A stretch of 64,000 nucleotides of DNA from Calditrichia bacterium (GTDB lineage: Bacteria; Calditrichota; Calditrichia; JAJRVZ01): contig CAWCNS010000009.1 of NCBI GenBank assembly GCA_963796965.1, positions 224,001-288,000 of the forward strand. The letters run 5' to 3'. The notes beneath the pieces were generated by a model that was not told the origin of the DNA, did no database searches, and saw only the letters and a program-made list of their open reading frames with translations. Within the stretch, counting starts at the first letter, position 1, and each line of letters begins with the position of its first letter. Position numbers and translations under genes: made by a program. This document shows, piece by piece, positions 21,469 through 32,770 of this stretch.

Positions 21469-23166
21469 CTATTTAAATCCCATCTGTGGTGCATTATAAT
21501 AGCCCATCGAGGCGTCTGCTACGGCCATGCGATACAAATGGTTTTGCATCAAACATACTTTTTTCGTATCTGACAAAATGTTCGTAGAATAGATTCGAAG
21601 TTCCCCCGGCAAACTCGTAACTATTTCCTCTCGCCAGTCACCAATAATGTCAGCCACGATTAAGATTTTCCCTTCTATAGCCAACAGCTTGTCACCATTA
21701 TATTCTATGATGTTATTTTTGTAGCAAATCTCTTTTTGTTCGTCTGCATCCCACCAGACAGCACGTGGGGCTAAGCCCCATAGATTTTTATCCGAAAGTC
21801 GTTCACCTTGTGCCGTATATAAAAAGAATTTATCTCCGCCTTTCGCTTCCCCGGCATAGCATTCAATTCCAGGATAGGCGTCCGTTAAATCAGCGATCAT
21901 ACCCTGGCTATGAACGTGATGCGTAGACCCTTCGTAACCCCAGATAATTTCTCCTGTCTTGGCATCAACCAGGCAAACACCATTTTTGGGCGAGCGCGAT
22001 TCAACACCATAAAATATTTCATAGCCGGGTCTTTGCGGATCAATATCAGCAATATAACCGGCATCATTATGTCTCAATCCGGTTCGCCAGAGGGGAATGC
22101 CGTTGTCATCAAGGGCCGCTGTTCCAATTACCAATTCATCTTTTCCGTCCAGATCGATATCCCCTGTCATAATGCCATGCATACCCTGACCCTTATAGTC
22201 TTCATATTTACCAAGGCTTTCCCAGGCCCAAATGCGATTGAGGTCCCTGTCCAGGGCAACCGTTTTAATAACTGTATAAGTTCCTCGCTGCATTATCAGC
22301 GAAGGATTTATGGCATCGAGGTAGGCAACGGTTAGAAAGTTACGGCTCCAATAGTTGTATGATTCAAAGCCATCTTTTGAAAGCCAGGGTTCTTTTTTCA
22401 ACAGGTTACCACTTTCCCCGTCCAGTTTAATCAGGTATTCAGGTCCCTGTAAAACATGTCCATCCATTTCGCGTGGGTCGCCTTCACCGGCCTTGGTATA
22501 AACTTCGGCCTTCCCATTCTGGTCAATATCAAAAACCATGTAAGGTGAATACCAGGTGCCTGTTTCAATCGCCCAACCCATATCGTAGCGCCATAAAAAT
22601 TTGCCTTTAGACGTATAAGCATCCAGTTTATATGATTCCGGGCTGCGTTTCCAATAACCGGGGCGGTAATAGGGATCCACATTAAAATTGGGATGCTGCA
22701 AAACAAAGTCAAAGGCGCCATCACCATCGAGATCACCTATTCCGACACGTTTAAGTTCAACTTCGTCTTTCAATTTTATCGAAAGCCAGGGTTGATTCCC
22801 GGCAAGGGTAAAAACATAGGCCTCACCCAAACTTTCCTTCTCAACACCATTGCTTATTGCTTTGATTTTGTAATTGTATCCATGACCGGGCGCTGCTTTG
22901 GTATCCAAAAAGTTGGTTGTAGTTGTAACCGGGCGTTGCGAAATTTTTTCAAAATCAGCAAAACCGATATCTTTTCTGTACACATTAAATGCGACATCTT
23001 CAGGATCTTCTTTTAATAGTCGCCAACTAACAAAAACCGTATTTTCTTTCACACTTAAAGCGACGATACCACGGTCGATGATTTCATTAATCTGCCCAGA
23101 GGCCATTAATGGGGATAAAACCAAAGTGGCCAAAACAAGTCGCTTCATAAAATTAAAGTTTGTCAT
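21469..23166 (-). CDS. Rhamnogalacturonan lyase, PL11 family
   Basis: DRGIVAL, VFVSWRLL, FNVYR, GDLDGDG, IIGDWREE, LMQNHLYR; GGAGG RBS before ATG 23166. Confidence 0.88.
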   Translation of the reverse strand: MTNFNFMKRLVLATLVLSPLMASGQINEIIDRGIVALSVKENTVFVSWRLLKEDPEDVAFNVYRKDIGFADFEKISQRPVTTTTNFLDTKAAPGHGYNYKIKAISNGVEKESLGEAYVFTLAGNQPWLSIKLKDEVELKRVGIGDLDGDGAFDFVLQHPNFNVDPYYRPGYWKRSPESYKLDAYTSKGKFLWRYDMGWAIETGTWYSPYMVFDIDQNGKAEVYTKAGEGDPREMDGHVLQGPEYLIKLDGESGNLLKKEPWLSKDGFESYNYWSRNFLTVAYLDAINPSLIMQRGTYTVIKTVALDRDLNRIWAWESLGKYEDYKGQGMHGIMTGDIDLDGKDELVIGTAALDDNGIPLWRTGLRHNDAGYIADIDPQRPGYEIFYGVESRSPKNGVCLVDAKTGEIIWGYEGSTHHVHSQGMIADLTDAYPGIECYAGEAKGGDKFFLYTAQGERLSDKNLWGLAPRAVWWDADEQKEICYKNNIIEYNGDKLLAIEGKILIVADIIGDWREEIVTSLPGELRIYSTNILSDTKKVCLMQNHLYRMAVADASMGYYNAPQMGFK

Positions 23167-23308
23167 ACGCCTCCCTTTGATTTTCAATCTGATTGGTTAT
23201 GCTTTAATACTTTTCATTTCTTATTTAAATATAAATTTATTTTTGTTAAAATGCTCATATAGAAGTTAACAGCACCTTTTCTTATCTAAAATCAATCGGT
23301 ATATTTTT

Positions 23309-23600
23309 AAACCACAGAGTTACCCCCGTATTACGGGGGTCATTCTGTGGTTAAAGAACATTAGTTAAAGACCCCGTAAAACGGGGCAGACCCGAAGGGC
23401 CTACCAGGTTCTCTGCCTGCCCCGTTAAGATCCGGCGACGCCGGAGCTGGTGCGGGGTGGTTATTTTTTACACGATCCCAATCAGGGTAGTGTCATCCCG
23501 ATAGAATCGGGATATGAAAAAATGAAAAATAGGATCGTAAGATGAAACTATCCCGTACAAGCCTGGCTTTACCAAGCCTACGGGACAGGCAGAATCCTCA
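23309..23600. repeat. Cluster of nested palindromic inserts within AACCACAGAG/CTCTGTGGTT repeat arms
   Basis: CCCCCGTATTACGGGGG, CCCCGTAAAACGGGG, CCTGCCCCG…TCCGGCGACGCCGGA…CGGGG inside CTCTG|TGGTTA, TCCCGATAGAATCGGGA, TCCCGTA…TACGGGA. Confidence 0.75.
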
Positions 23601-24020
23601 GAGAAATACTCTGAGAACTCTTAAAGAATATCCCTTTAAAAGATATTACTGAGAAAATAATATCCTGTGTCCGATATCGGGAAATTCATTCTTTACTTGG
23701 TCCGGGTCTTTTAGAAAATTTATATGAAGAGGCCATGGAGCATGAACTTAAGTCTCGAGGTATTGAATATAAAAGACAGAAAGAACTTGAGATAAAATAC
23801 AAGGGTAATCCTATTGGGAATTATAGATTAGATTATTTGATAGAAAACAAGGTGATTGTTGAATTAAAATGTGTTGAAGCATTAAAGGGTATTCATATCG
23901 CTCAAGTGTTGACTTATCTGAAAGCAGAGAATCTAAGAGTTGGACTATTGAAATTCAATGTTCTTGATTAATTTCAATGTAGACAAATTAAAAGATGGAA
24001 TAAGAAGAGTCATATTATAA
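23542..24020 (+). pseudogene. GxxExxY (PD-(D/E)XK-like) protein, disrupted
   Basis: EIHSLLGPGLLENLYEEAM, YRLDYLIENKVIVELK, AQVLTYLK; frameshift near 23640; a short duplication near 23948-23980 puts the normal tail INFNVDKLKDGIRRVIL* out of frame. Confidence 0.88.
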
Positions 24021-24137
24021 GAGATCACAGAGGGGAGATAATGATAAACAGTATTAACATAAATAAAATTAATAAGTTACTCAGTGTGCTCTGTGGTTAT
24101 TTTTTATACTACGCCAACCAGATTAAGGAGATAGAAA

Positions 24138-25964
24138 ATGAAAAGCATTTTTTTGATTTTATTTTTTATTGCTGGAATTTTATCAGCACAACCAAACGGA
24201 TTAAAGAACCTCTATAAACCATCCAATGCAAAAACCAGGTCCATTAGCCCTGAGAATTTTACTGGTGCAAAAGGACAGGGAGGAATGGCAACATTGGAAG
24301 AAGGAAGTGCCGCCAAAGCGGCACGTAAGCTTGGACAGGGTTGGAAAGTTAATCCCTATATTTTAATAGAACCTGGGGAAACAGCGACACTCGGCGAGAT
24401 AAACGAACCTGGTATTATTACTCATATGTGGATGGTACCAACCGGTGATTATCGATTGTTAATTCTAAGCATTTATTGGGATGATGAAAAAGAACCTTCC
24501 GTAGAAGTTCCTCTGGGTGATTTTTTTGCATCTGGTTGGGGAGTAGATAATGAACCATTAATAAATTCAATGGCCATTTGTGTAAATCCGAGGAATGGAT
24601 TCAATTCCTATTGGCAAATGCCATTTAGAAAAAAATGCAAAATAACAATGGAAAACCAGGATGATGCTGTCGCTACCTTATATTATCAGATTGATTATTC
24701 ATTAGAAGATGTTGAGCAAGATGCCCTTTATTTTCATGCACAATTTAGGCGAGTAAATCCTTTACCGTTTAAAGAAGTTTATACAATTGTTGATAACATA
24801 AAAGGAAAGGGGCAATATGCAGGTACCTATGTTGCCCATGGCGCCAATGGTTATGGCTGGTGGGGTGAAGGAGAAATAAAATTCTATATGGATGGCGATA
24901 AAGACTTCCCTACAATATGCGGTACAGGCGAAGAAGACTATTTCTGCGGTTCCTATGGTTATGAAGAGCATTTATCAGACGATGGTAGCCAGTGGATTTA
25001 CACCGATTTTAGCAGCCTTTATTCCGGATTCCATCATATAAAATATGAGGGAAAGCAGCGCAGGTTTGGGCAATACCGCTGGCATATTACCGATCCTGTG
25101 CGATTTGAAGAGGATTTAAAAATCACCATCCAGGCCCTCGGCTGGGATAAGGACGGGAGCTATTTGCCGCTTGAAGACGATTTAGCCTCTGTCGCCTATT
25201 GGTACCAAGAGGAACCACACAACAAATTTCCAACCTTACCACAACCGGAAAAGCTGGTGATTAACTTCGATCCGCCTTTATCCGGAATTGATGAACGCAA
25301 TATTTTTATAGATGAAGCAGTGGTGACGCTAAAGCCGGGTAATCAAAAAAATGAAATCAGGTATACAACTGATGGGAGCGAGCCTGACAAAAATTCTCTG
25401 TTATATACCAAACCTTTTGAACTAACGGAAAAAACCATTATAAAAGCCAATGAGTATTCACCTAAGAATTACTTGCTATCTTCGATTACAGGAGAATTTA
25501 TAAAGCAAGCGCCAGTTAAATCACAAAAAGTGGATAACCTGGAAAATGGTTTAACCTATCAATATTATATATTTAAAGAGGTGCCAATTTATACCACGGG
25601 ATTAAAAAAGAGAAAACCGGTTAAAACCGGTACGGTAGAAAAAATAAAATTTCCGCTTAAAGAATTGGCCGAGGCATTTGGTTGTAGTTTTACAGGGTAT
25701 ATTTATATTCCGGTTGAAGGCGTGTACACATTTACGCTTTTATCCAATGACGGCAGTGTGCTCTATCTTAATAATAAAATGATCGTCGATAATGATGGTG
25801 CCCACACAAGTGAAACAAGTTCAGGTCAGGAAGCTTTGCAAAAAGGATATCATCGTTTCCAATTGGATTATTTCCAGGCTGGGGGAGGCAAAGCGCTAAA
25901 AGCCTTTATACAAGGCCCGGGTATGGAATATCAGGAAATCCCGGTCGAGTTGTTTAAAAACTAA
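24138..25964 (+). CDS. DUF2961/GH172-like glycoside hydrolase fused to chitobiase-C (Fn3-associated) and PA14 domains
   Basis: RSISPENFTGAKG, WWGEGEIKFYMDGD, TICGTGEEDYF; IRYTTDGSEP; SNDGSVLY…DNDGAH. Confidence 0.85.
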   Translation: MKSIFLILFFIAGILSAQPNGLKNLYKPSNAKTRSISPENFTGAKGQGGMATLEEGSAAKAARKLGQGWKVNPYILIEPGETATLGEINEPGIITHMWMVPTGDYRLLILSIYWDDEKEPSVEVPLGDFFASGWGVDNEPLINSMAICVNPRNGFNSYWQMPFRKKCKITMENQDDAVATLYYQIDYSLEDVEQDALYFHAQFRRVNPLPFKEVYTIVDNIKGKGQYAGTYVAHGANGYGWWGEGEIKFYMDGDKDFPTICGTGEEDYFCGSYGYEEHLSDDGSQWIYTDFSSLYSGFHHIKYEGKQRRFGQYRWHITDPVRFEEDLKITIQALGWDKDGSYLPLEDDLASVAYWYQEEPHNKFPTLPQPEKLVINFDPPLSGIDERNIFIDEAVVTLKPGNQKNEIRYTTDGSEPDKNSLLYTKPFELTEKTIIKANEYSPKNYLLSSITGEFIKQAPVKSQKVDNLENGLTYQYYIFKEVPIYTTGLKKRKPVKTGTVEKIKFPLKELAEAFGCSFTGYIYIPVEGVYTFTLLSNDGSVLYLNNKMIVDNDGAHTSETSSGQEALQKGYHRFQLDYFQAGGGKALKAFIQGPGMEYQEIPVELFKN

Positions 25965-26114
25965 CCAGTTAAATAATAAGACGTTTTCTCGCAGCGCCGC
26001 GACGACGCAGCGAAAAAATTATCAAATATATTTTGTGTCTTTTGTGCCTTTTTGCGGCTAAATAATATAGATGTGCCAGTCAGTCGCAGGTCGAAGCAAA
26101 GCGAACATCCCAGC

Positions 26115-26330
26115 CTACGGGATACCGAAAATATGAAATTGACCTTTTTCATCAGAAATGGTGCCCCGCTTGCCAGGTAAATTATTTCCGGTTACAACTA
26201 CATTTACTTCTTTGATTGGATTATTCTGATTGTCTAAGATACGTCCACCCAAATTGCCCGAAATGGTCTGTGAAAAAATTATTGAAAATAGCGACAGAGA
26301 GATAAAGGTTGTCCAGATTGCATTTTTCAT
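26115..26330 (-). pseudogene. N-terminal fragment of a TonB-dependent receptor (carboxypeptidase-regulatory-like domain)
   Basis: Signal peptide plus GNLGGRILDNQNNPIKEVNVVV…RGTISDEKGQF, truncated next to a repeat at about 25985-26060. Confidence 0.75.
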
Positions 26331-26661
26331 TATAAGACTTTTTATTATTTATTCGGTAGAAAACCTTTCATATATGCCTTATTAGCTGGTCATAAAAAAG
26401 TGAGGAGATACTGATAATTTTAAAATAAATAGTCATGAATGAATTAGCAAGCAAATAATTTTGGGTTGATATCGCCGCTCATAAGCCAAAAAAGAAAGAA
26501 AAGCTTATAATTCGGCAAGTTCATATACTCAATGAAATACTACTTATTACCTCAACGATGTAGAAAAAGATTGCATACCGATAGTTTAATTTTGATATTA
26601 TGGAACCAAGCCCGATGGATATCCTTTTTCATCAATTTCAAACGGACGGAGGATAAAAGCG

Positions 26662-27837
26662 ATGAATCATCCAGATTATTCAAGACGTGATTTTATGTTC
26701 GCCGGTTCAGTCTTAGCAGCAACGGCTATTACATCAACGGCATCCGCACAGCCGTCCGGTAACATTGGACAAAATACAACAGGCATGTTAAATGCCAGAG
26801 ATTTCGGCGCGAAAGGCGACGGCACCACTGATGACACAGAGGCGATACAAAGGGCAATGGACCAGGCCGCCTTGTCAAATGGTGCGGTAATTATTCCTGA
26901 AGGTAACTATCTATGCTCGGAATTAAAAGTGCCCCAGGGGATCGGCTTGCATGGATTACCCGCCTGGAGTTACCGCAAAGGCATGGGAACCATCCTCACC
27001 CTCAAAGATGAAACGTCACCATGCCTGATCAATCTAACCGGGGCCTTCGGCGCTTACCTCTTCGGGCTCTGTCTGAACGGCAACCATATCAAAAGCGGCG
27101 CACATGGCATTATGGTCGATAAATCTGATTACGGTACTCAGGAAGATACACCACGGATCGATACCTGCCGGGTCGAGCATTTCAGCGGTGACGGGATCCG
27201 GCTGGAACGTATCTGGTGTTTTTGCGTGCGCCATTCTCATTGTTTCGGAAATCAAGGCTGCGGATTACGCGTGCGGGGCTGGGATGGATTTGTCCTCGAT
27301 AATTGGTTCTCAGGGAACGGCAAGGCCGGCTATGCCGCCTATGATGAAAATTCCTCCGTAACCCTGACCGGCAATCGGATTGAATGGAACCGTGAAGGAG
27401 GTATTCTTATCCAAGGCGGCTCCCATTACAATATTACAGGGAATTATATCGACCGCTCGGGAAGATGCGGCATGGCCCTGTTACCAGGCCAGGTACGAAA
27501 GATCTGTCACACAATTGCTATAACCGGGAATGTTATTTACAGGAGCGGCAAACCGGACTGGGGTAAAAAGGATGATTATGATAACGCCCATGCCAGGTTT
27601 GAATCGGTCAAAGGACTGGTTTTTACCGGTAACGCCCTGAACTCGGGAAGAGATGACGGCGCTAAAGGCATTTATTCTCCCGATTACGGCATCGTTCTGA
27701 AAAGGCTGGAAAGTTCAATTATCAAGGATAATGTGCAGCATAATGGTGCGATTAAACAGCTTATCGCCGATCTGGGCGAACATGGTGAAGGAGTCATTAT
27801 TAAAGACAATGTTGGTTCATTAAGGAAGATCGGTTAA
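26662..27837 (+). CDS. Tat-exported pectin-lyase-fold beta-helix protein
   Basis: SRRDFM; NARDFGAKGDGTTDDTEAIQRA; repeated TGNxI strands; GGAGG RBS. Confidence 0.85.
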   Translation: MNHPDYSRRDFMFAGSVLAATAITSTASAQPSGNIGQNTTGMLNARDFGAKGDGTTDDTEAIQRAMDQAALSNGAVIIPEGNYLCSELKVPQGIGLHGLPAWSYRKGMGTILTLKDETSPCLINLTGAFGAYLFGLCLNGNHIKSGAHGIMVDKSDYGTQEDTPRIDTCRVEHFSGDGIRLERIWCFCVRHSHCFGNQGCGLRVRGWDGFVLDNWFSGNGKAGYAAYDENSSVTLTGNRIEWNREGGILIQGGSHYNITGNYIDRSGRCGMALLPGQVRKICHTIAITGNVIYRSGKPDWGKKDDYDNAHARFESVKGLVFTGNALNSGRDDGAKGIYSPDYGIVLKRLESSIIKDNVQHNGAIKQLIADLGEHGEGVIIKDNVGSLRKIG

Positions 27838-27895
27838 ATTAACCCAAGTTGCCAGTTCATTTTCGGTTAGAATTTACGTTTCTACCTGCAACGGA

Positions 27896-27919
27896 TGTCA
27901 ACTTTTTCCGGGACAGACA
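27896..27919. mobile_element. Solitary IS3-family-like terminal IR
   Basis: TGTCAACTTTTTCCGGGACAGACA resembles the right IR at 2272-2295. Confidence 0.5.
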
Positions 27920-28032
27920 ATTATTTAATTTTGATTAAAAGTAATATTTCCGATTGCATTATCAGATGCATATTTTAGATTGCACTGTCGAATAGCAGAA
28001 ATAGCGTAATATATATTTAAGGATAAAATGGT

Positions 28033-29145
28033 GTGAAGTATTTTCTAATAGGTCTGATTTTTTGCTCATCCTTATTTGCTCAAAATAAAAAATGGGGCTG
28101 GAATGCCCATGGTTATATAAATGAACATGCTGTAGATTATCTGCCAACTGAAATGTCCTTTTTTCAGGATCAGCGCGATTTTCTGAAACAACATTCGGTC
28201 GATCCGGATAGGGATGATTTACCAGGATACTATCATTATATGGATATTGATTTTTATCCTGAATTTTATAGCGGAACTCTTCCTCATAATATGGATAGTC
28301 TAATATCACTCTATGATCTTGCAATTGTTCAAAACAATGGTACCCTTCCCTGGATTATTGAAGAGTGGACAGATAGTTTAAGCGCGTTAATGTCTGCTGG
28401 TCAATGGGATGACATTTGGCAAATCGCAGCTGAACTGGGACATTATGTGGCAGATTCTCACCAGCCCTTGCATCTGACTTTAAATTATGACGGGCAATAT
28501 ACCGGCAATAATGGTATTCATTCACGATATGAAACACAGATGATAAAACCACATATTTCGCAACTACCCTTAGCCGCAGGAACAGGAATATACTGGCCAC
28601 ATGTTATTGATTCTGTTTTTTCCTACATCGAAGAAATTTATCCCTACGCGGATAGTATACTCATTGCAGATGATCTCGCTACTGCTCAGGATCCCACGTT
28701 CAATACAACGTATTATACCATTTTATGGCAAGAACTTGAACATTTAACCGTAATTTCTATTCATAAGGCCATATTAGATCTTGCCAGTCTGTGGAGGACA
28801 GCATGGGAGAACGCAGGCAGCCCGTCCCCTTTAAGTATCCAAACGAATGATCATAATCCGGAAATCTATTTTTTAGCAGAGAACTTTCCTAATCCCTTCA
28901 ATCCAGTAACACATATTCAGTATGGATTACCAAAAACAAGTAACGTAAAAATTGAAATCTATAACGCAGTCGGACAGAAGATAAAAACCCTGCTCGATAA
29001 ATCAAAGCCAGCGGGCAGGCATCAGGTTGACTTTAATGCTCAAAATCTATCGAGCGGAATATATTTCTACCGAATTGAAGTCGTGGATCAGGTGAGACGG
29101 ACAGGTGAATTCTCTCAGGTTAGAAAAATGATTCTCATTAAATAG
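28033..29145 (+). CDS. S1/P1 nuclease / Zn-dependent phospholipase C fold protein with C-terminal sorting domain
   Basis: WGWNAH, HYMDID, HYVADSHQPLH, GIHSRYE Zn-ligand motifs; NFPNPFNP…KMILIK. Confidence 0.85.
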   Translation: MKYFLIGLIFCSSLFAQNKKWGWNAHGYINEHAVDYLPTEMSFFQDQRDFLKQHSVDPDRDDLPGYYHYMDIDFYPEFYSGTLPHNMDSLISLYDLAIVQNNGTLPWIIEEWTDSLSALMSAGQWDDIWQIAAELGHYVADSHQPLHLTLNYDGQYTGNNGIHSRYETQMIKPHISQLPLAAGTGIYWPHVIDSVFSYIEEIYPYADSILIADDLATAQDPTFNTTYYTILWQELEHLTVISIHKAILDLASLWRTAWENAGSPSPLSIQTNDHNPEIYFLAENFPNPFNPVTHIQYGLPKTSNVKIEIYNAVGQKIKTLLDKSKPAGRHQVDFNAQNLSSGIYFYRIEVVDQVRRTGEFSQVRKMILIK

Positions 29146-29298
29146 TATCATATGATACTAACTATAAGTAAACAAATATCCATCAGCCCTACCATAGTCA
29201 CACCATTCTGAATTTCCTCCCATATCAATTTTGTCTTCGTAAACATGCATTTTTTCGATATGCCTAATGCAGATAGGGGAATTTATTGACAGACTCAA

Positions 29299-32200
29299 TT
29301 ATAGGACTGTTAAATAGTACCTGGCCCATATATGATAGGGGTTCAGTTGAAGAACGTTTTTGAACGCCGTTTTTGCCTCGCTCATTTTTTTCTTGCCCAT
29401 CAATCCCAAGGCAATCATATAATGACCGGCTGCCTGTCTTTGCTCCTTGGTACTTCCGCTTCCAAACTTTGCAAAGAAATTGACTTCCGATAGTTGATCT
29501 AATCTTTCTTGTCCCAGATCAATCAACTCGCCGAATATCTCTCCCGCTTTTTTATCATTTCCAAGTTCGGAAAAGGACATGCCCTGATAATAACGGTAAA
29601 CCGAAGGACTAATTTTTTGATTGATTGCTGCCTTAAAATAAGATTCCGCTTTCTCGTCCTCACCTAACTCCCTGTAAACCATTCCAAGCAGGTAATTTAT
29701 TTGCGGATTCCTCACATAATTAGGATCCTTGCCAATCTGATGGTTTTCGGGAAATTGATAGGCGGCTAAAAAGTCATTGAGTGCATTTGATATTTCATCC
29801 CTTGTCAGATAGGCCATACCTCTTAGTAAATGCGCATCAACATGGTATCCATGAAGATCTGTTAAGCCTTCCTGCCTTTGAAAATAGCCCTCATTCAAAT
29901 AGTCAATCGCCCTATCATAATTGCCGGCCATGGTAAGAACCATTATCTCGCGCAAATAGGCGACATTGAGTTCTTTAACACTCTCATGATTCGTCTGTAA
30001 TAAGTCAGTCTTTTGTTTATCGGGGTTCCCATTTTTTCATAGAGAAGATCCAGTTCATAATAGTAACGTGCGTCTTGATTGTTATAAGAAATTGCCGCTT
30101 CGTAGCTTTGAATGGCCATTTCGATATCTTCCATCGCTTTAGCGTATCCCCAACCCAAATTGCGATGGGCAATCGCCAGAGAATTTTCAAACTGAACGGC
30201 TTTATTCCAAAATTCGATCGCCTTTTCCGGCTGTTTATCATACAAAAGATTTCCCAAATAATAATAAGCCCGGGCATCGCGCTCATTGTACCTGAGTGCT
30301 TCATTTAATACGGGGATTGATTCCAGCCTGAATGGAAAAATGTAATCGGTTGATTGCGCTGATCCCTGTCGGAAGTAGTTCTCTGATTTTTGTTTTTCCT
30401 GCTGTTTTGAATAGATATAACCCAGATAATAATAGATCATGGCATGACTATTCAGGGCAATATCCTGGCTGGTGACCGCACTTTGAAGAATCTGTTCCGC
30501 TTCTTTGTAGAGACCAAAATTTAGATAATTGACTGCCAGTTCGATGTACGACTCAGGATTATTACGTAGCATCCGTACCAGCTTGTCCCGAATTGAATTT
30601 TCCGTCTTTAATTTTATTAATGACAGCTCATTTAAGGCAAGCTGATTGAGCGGATCGAATTTTAAAACCGATTGGGCCACTTCTTCTGCTTCCTCCATAC
30701 GATCCAGTTTTCTCAATAAAGCAGACTTGAGACATTGCGCCTTTAAATTCAGGTTATTTGCAATCAGCGATCGGTCCACATGTTCTAATGCTTCAGCGTA
30801 ATGACCTTTAACTGTGGCAATTTCTGCCAGATGATGGTAGGCGGCGGCAGAGAAAGCATAATCCCAGGTTGCCCTATATAAGGTATCATAGGCGGCCTCA
30901 TAATTTGCCTGCTGTTTTAATGTCAGACCGAGATAATATAAAGACTCACAATTCCGTGGACGGGTGTAATTTTGGGAGACTCTTCGGACCGCATTTCGAA
31001 AATGGCTCGCTGCTTCACCGTACATCCCCCGGTTTAAATAGTCTAAACCTACCTGCGTATTAGATCGTGAATCCAGCGGATCCCGTTTTAGGGCTTCTTC
31101 AAAATAATCCATCGAAGAGATTTGGGCATTATGAAATTGCTTTATTCTCAGACCAGTCAAATACAGTTCTTCAATCGTCTCAATTTCAGCGGGGCTTTTT
31201 GGAGGTGTCATAGGGGGTGGAAGTTCAGGATTAAACGGTTTCTCCTCTGCTTGATAAGAAACGATCTCTCTTTGGTCCTGGTCCAAAAGCAGGCCCTTTA
31301 GATTTGCCGTATTGGTCTTTTCGTCAATCCCAATAATTTGACTGAAAGGATTGGCCGGATCTATAAAGATCTTATCTTCAAATAGTTTTTTATCCCCATC
31401 AAAAAGGATCACAACAGCATCCCGGAATGCCCTCGTCGTATTAAAGGCTATCAACAATTCGCTATCTGAAATACGTTCAAGGTTAATCGCAGCGTCTTTA
31501 TTTGCATTTTTAACGGCACCTGTATTTCGAAGAGGATACCAGTATTGGGTAAAATGTTTTGTTTCGTATTGTTTGATCCAGCTGTAATCGGGCTGGTTAT
31601 CGGAGTACCCCCCTATCATCAGCTCAGCGTAGGGACCATCTGCATCCGTAAGGACCTGTGAATCCCACATTTTGCCATAGTCGCCTGTTCCCCATTCCCA
31701 AAGTTTTGCCCCCGCTAAAATATGATGATCACCCGTGTGAATAATACCGGCCTCTTTTCCATAATCATAACCGGCGAAAAAGTTTTCTTTTAAATTGAAG
31801 GCAAAAAAGGAGGTTGGATCAGGATGGTTTTTCCACCAGCTTGCATCGATCTGATTCTGATAATAATCATGACCATTATAGGTCTCATACGTGACCGGCC
31901 AATGTGAAAAAGAATTTTTTGCATGAAATACGGTATAATCAACACCCGGTGGAAAAACGGTCCGGTAATCATCATTTACATGTACGGCAACATTGGCCCA
32001 ATAGAGAATTGAGTTGGGTAATGCGGTCCTGTTCATCATTTTCACTTCTACTTCCAGGTATGATCTGTCCGGATGAAGGGTGATACCTATCGTCCATTTC
32101 ATGCGATGACGTGGTTCAATTTCACCGATCCAAATCGAAGCACTTCCATCATCATTTTCGGAAATGGTATAATCCACCGGCATATGGGTGGAAGCCCGGT

Positions 32201-32639
32201 GATGATGGAAGACACACCATTCAATCCCACCGGAAATCCAGGCGCCTAACATACCGATATTGGCCGGTTTTATAACATGCTGCCTGTAAATAATTTCATA
32301 GTCATTGGTCTTATCGGTGGCATAAAAGAGCCTTCCGCCAATTTCCGGAAGCACACAGAGCTTGATGTATTTGTTTTCAAGATAAAGGGCGGTATAGGTC
32401 TGCAACTCTTTTACATTGGAAAGATTATCCATCATAGGATACGGATAAACAATCTTGCTGGCACCCTGGTAGGATTTATTCTCATAAAACATCGGATTTT
32501 TATCTGCTGCTTTGACTAAATAGGTAGGTAGCGTAAGGCTTCCCTCGGTTACTTTTACCTTCTCAAAATCCTGTGCTTTGATGTTTTGTGTTGATGTAGC
32601 AATAATAAATAGTATAATAAAAAATCGAATTGCCTTCAC
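29299..32639 (-). CDS. DUF5107 plus TPR protein; one frameshift near 30000
   Basis: LENKYIKLCVLPEIGGRL, WISGGIEW, YWANVAV, YSDNQPD, then TPRs continuing in ORF 29299-29955. Confidence 0.85.
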
Positions 32640-32770
32640 AGATAACTCCTCGTAATTCGTAATTTGTAATTGGTAATTAAATTATAGTAATAATCATCTC
32701 CATGTTCCTGCTTTCTGAATATTGCACAACATCCAAAATTAACTGCTGAATATTCTTACTGCCCTGTTAA

